DNA of 64,000 bases. Source: an uncultured Acidobacteriota bacterium. Its GTDB lineage: Bacteria; Acidobacteriota; Thermoanaerobaculia; UBA5066; Gp7-AA6. Under the pieces are notes generated by a model that saw only the letters and a program-made list of their open reading frames with translations, was not told the origin of the DNA and searched no databases. This document shows positions 63,367 to 64,000 of this stretch, piece after piece. The position numbers were made by a program, and so were the translations under genes. Location: assembly GCA_963738945.1 (NCBI GenBank), contig CAVTYD010000002.1:3215027-3279026 (forward strand), read 5' to 3'. Within the stretch, counting starts at the first letter, position 1. Every line of letters begins with the position of its first letter.

Positions 63367-64000
63367 CGGCGGGAGCGCCGCCGCGCGCTGGCCGCGGCGT
63401 GCGTCGCGCTGACGTCTCTCCTGGCTCCGCCCGCGGCGCGGGCCCAGCAGGTTCCCCCGGCCTCCGCGGACGTCGTCGTCACGGCGACCTCGGTTCCGGA
63501 GGACGAGAGCGAGGTCGGTTCGGCCGTCACCGTGATCACCCGGCAGGAGCTCGAGCAGCACGAGTCCGTCACCGTCTCGGACGTCCTGAGGTCGGTGCCG
63601 GGGCTCGACGTCGTCCAGCAGGGAACGCCCGGCTCGCTGACGTCGCTCTTCACGCGCGGCACCAACTCGACGCAGACGCTCGTCCTGGTCGACGGCGTCC
63701 GCATGAACTCGCCTTACTTCGGCGGCTACGACTGGTCCGGCCTGACGACCGAGAACATCGACCGGATCGAGGTCGCCCGCGGACCCTTCTCCGCGCTCTA
63801 CGGCTCGGACGCGATCGGCGGCGTCGTCCAGATCTTCACGCGGCCCGGATCCGAAGGCGTCTCGGGCCGGGCGACGGGCGAAGCGGGAAACCAGGGGCAG
63901 GGACAGGGCTCCGCGTCCGTCTCGGCCGGCGAAGGCCCCTTTTCGGCGGCGGGAAGCTATCGCTACGAAGCCTACGACGGCAACGGCCCCAACTCCGACT
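63367..64000 (+). CDS. btuB: TonB-dependent receptor, BtuB-like plug domain (3' partial; in frame with the preceding ORF, no own start codon seen)
   Basis: RRERRRALAAACVALTSLLAPPAARAQQ looks like a signal peptide. DVVVTAT TonB box. VTVITRQELEQ, LRSVPGLDVVQQGTPGSLTSLFTRGTNSTQTLVLVDGVRMN, RIEVARGPFSALYGSDAIGGVVQIFTR. Confidence 0.8.

Overview
GC-rich (about two-thirds G+C by eye), densely coding bacterial chromosomal segment with about 55 CDSs. Envelope genes are diderm-type: an Omp85 barrel, a TonB-dependent receptor and many lipoproteins. ORF-track coordinates include the stop codon, and mine follow that convention.

Gene content:
- The window opens inside gyrB-gyrA.
- It continues through a pdxR-pdxS-pdxT vitamin B6 unit.
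- Next is a minus-strand envelope operon: TPR lipoprotein, periplasmic protein, a peptidase-MA/PD40/Omp85 fusion, and an MBL hydrolase.
- It then runs along a backbone known from Firmicutes, dprA-topA-trmFO-xerC-hslV-hslU, all on the + strand. Here the backbone is interrupted four times by apparently accessory blocks.
- The largest block (21.3-28.7 kb) holds a beta-helix surface protein with SLH-like modules, an exported TPR-CHAT protease and an ECF sigma/anti-sigma pair.
- Downstream are dapF, an FAH-family gene, three large polytopic membrane proteins, mpl, a DUF1573 protein and a MASE1-PAS-GGDEF-EAL protein.
- These are followed by two tandem FG-GAP/Ig/SLH-like surface proteins that share a 716-bp near-identical 3' cassette.
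- The window ends with a deoxyhypusine-synthase-like gene plus larB, then a cobalamin riboswitch in front of a small membrane ORF that runs in frame into a btuB-like receptor.

I found no rRNA, tRNA or CRISPR array, and no transposase or phage genes. The only mobile-looking pieces are a 352-bp element with perfect 19-bp terminal inverted repeats and one REP-like palindrome.

The only reading-frame breaks I see are seven single-base (+1) insertions, all in gyrB, gyrA and topA. All family assignments come from motif recognition by eye. No database search was run.
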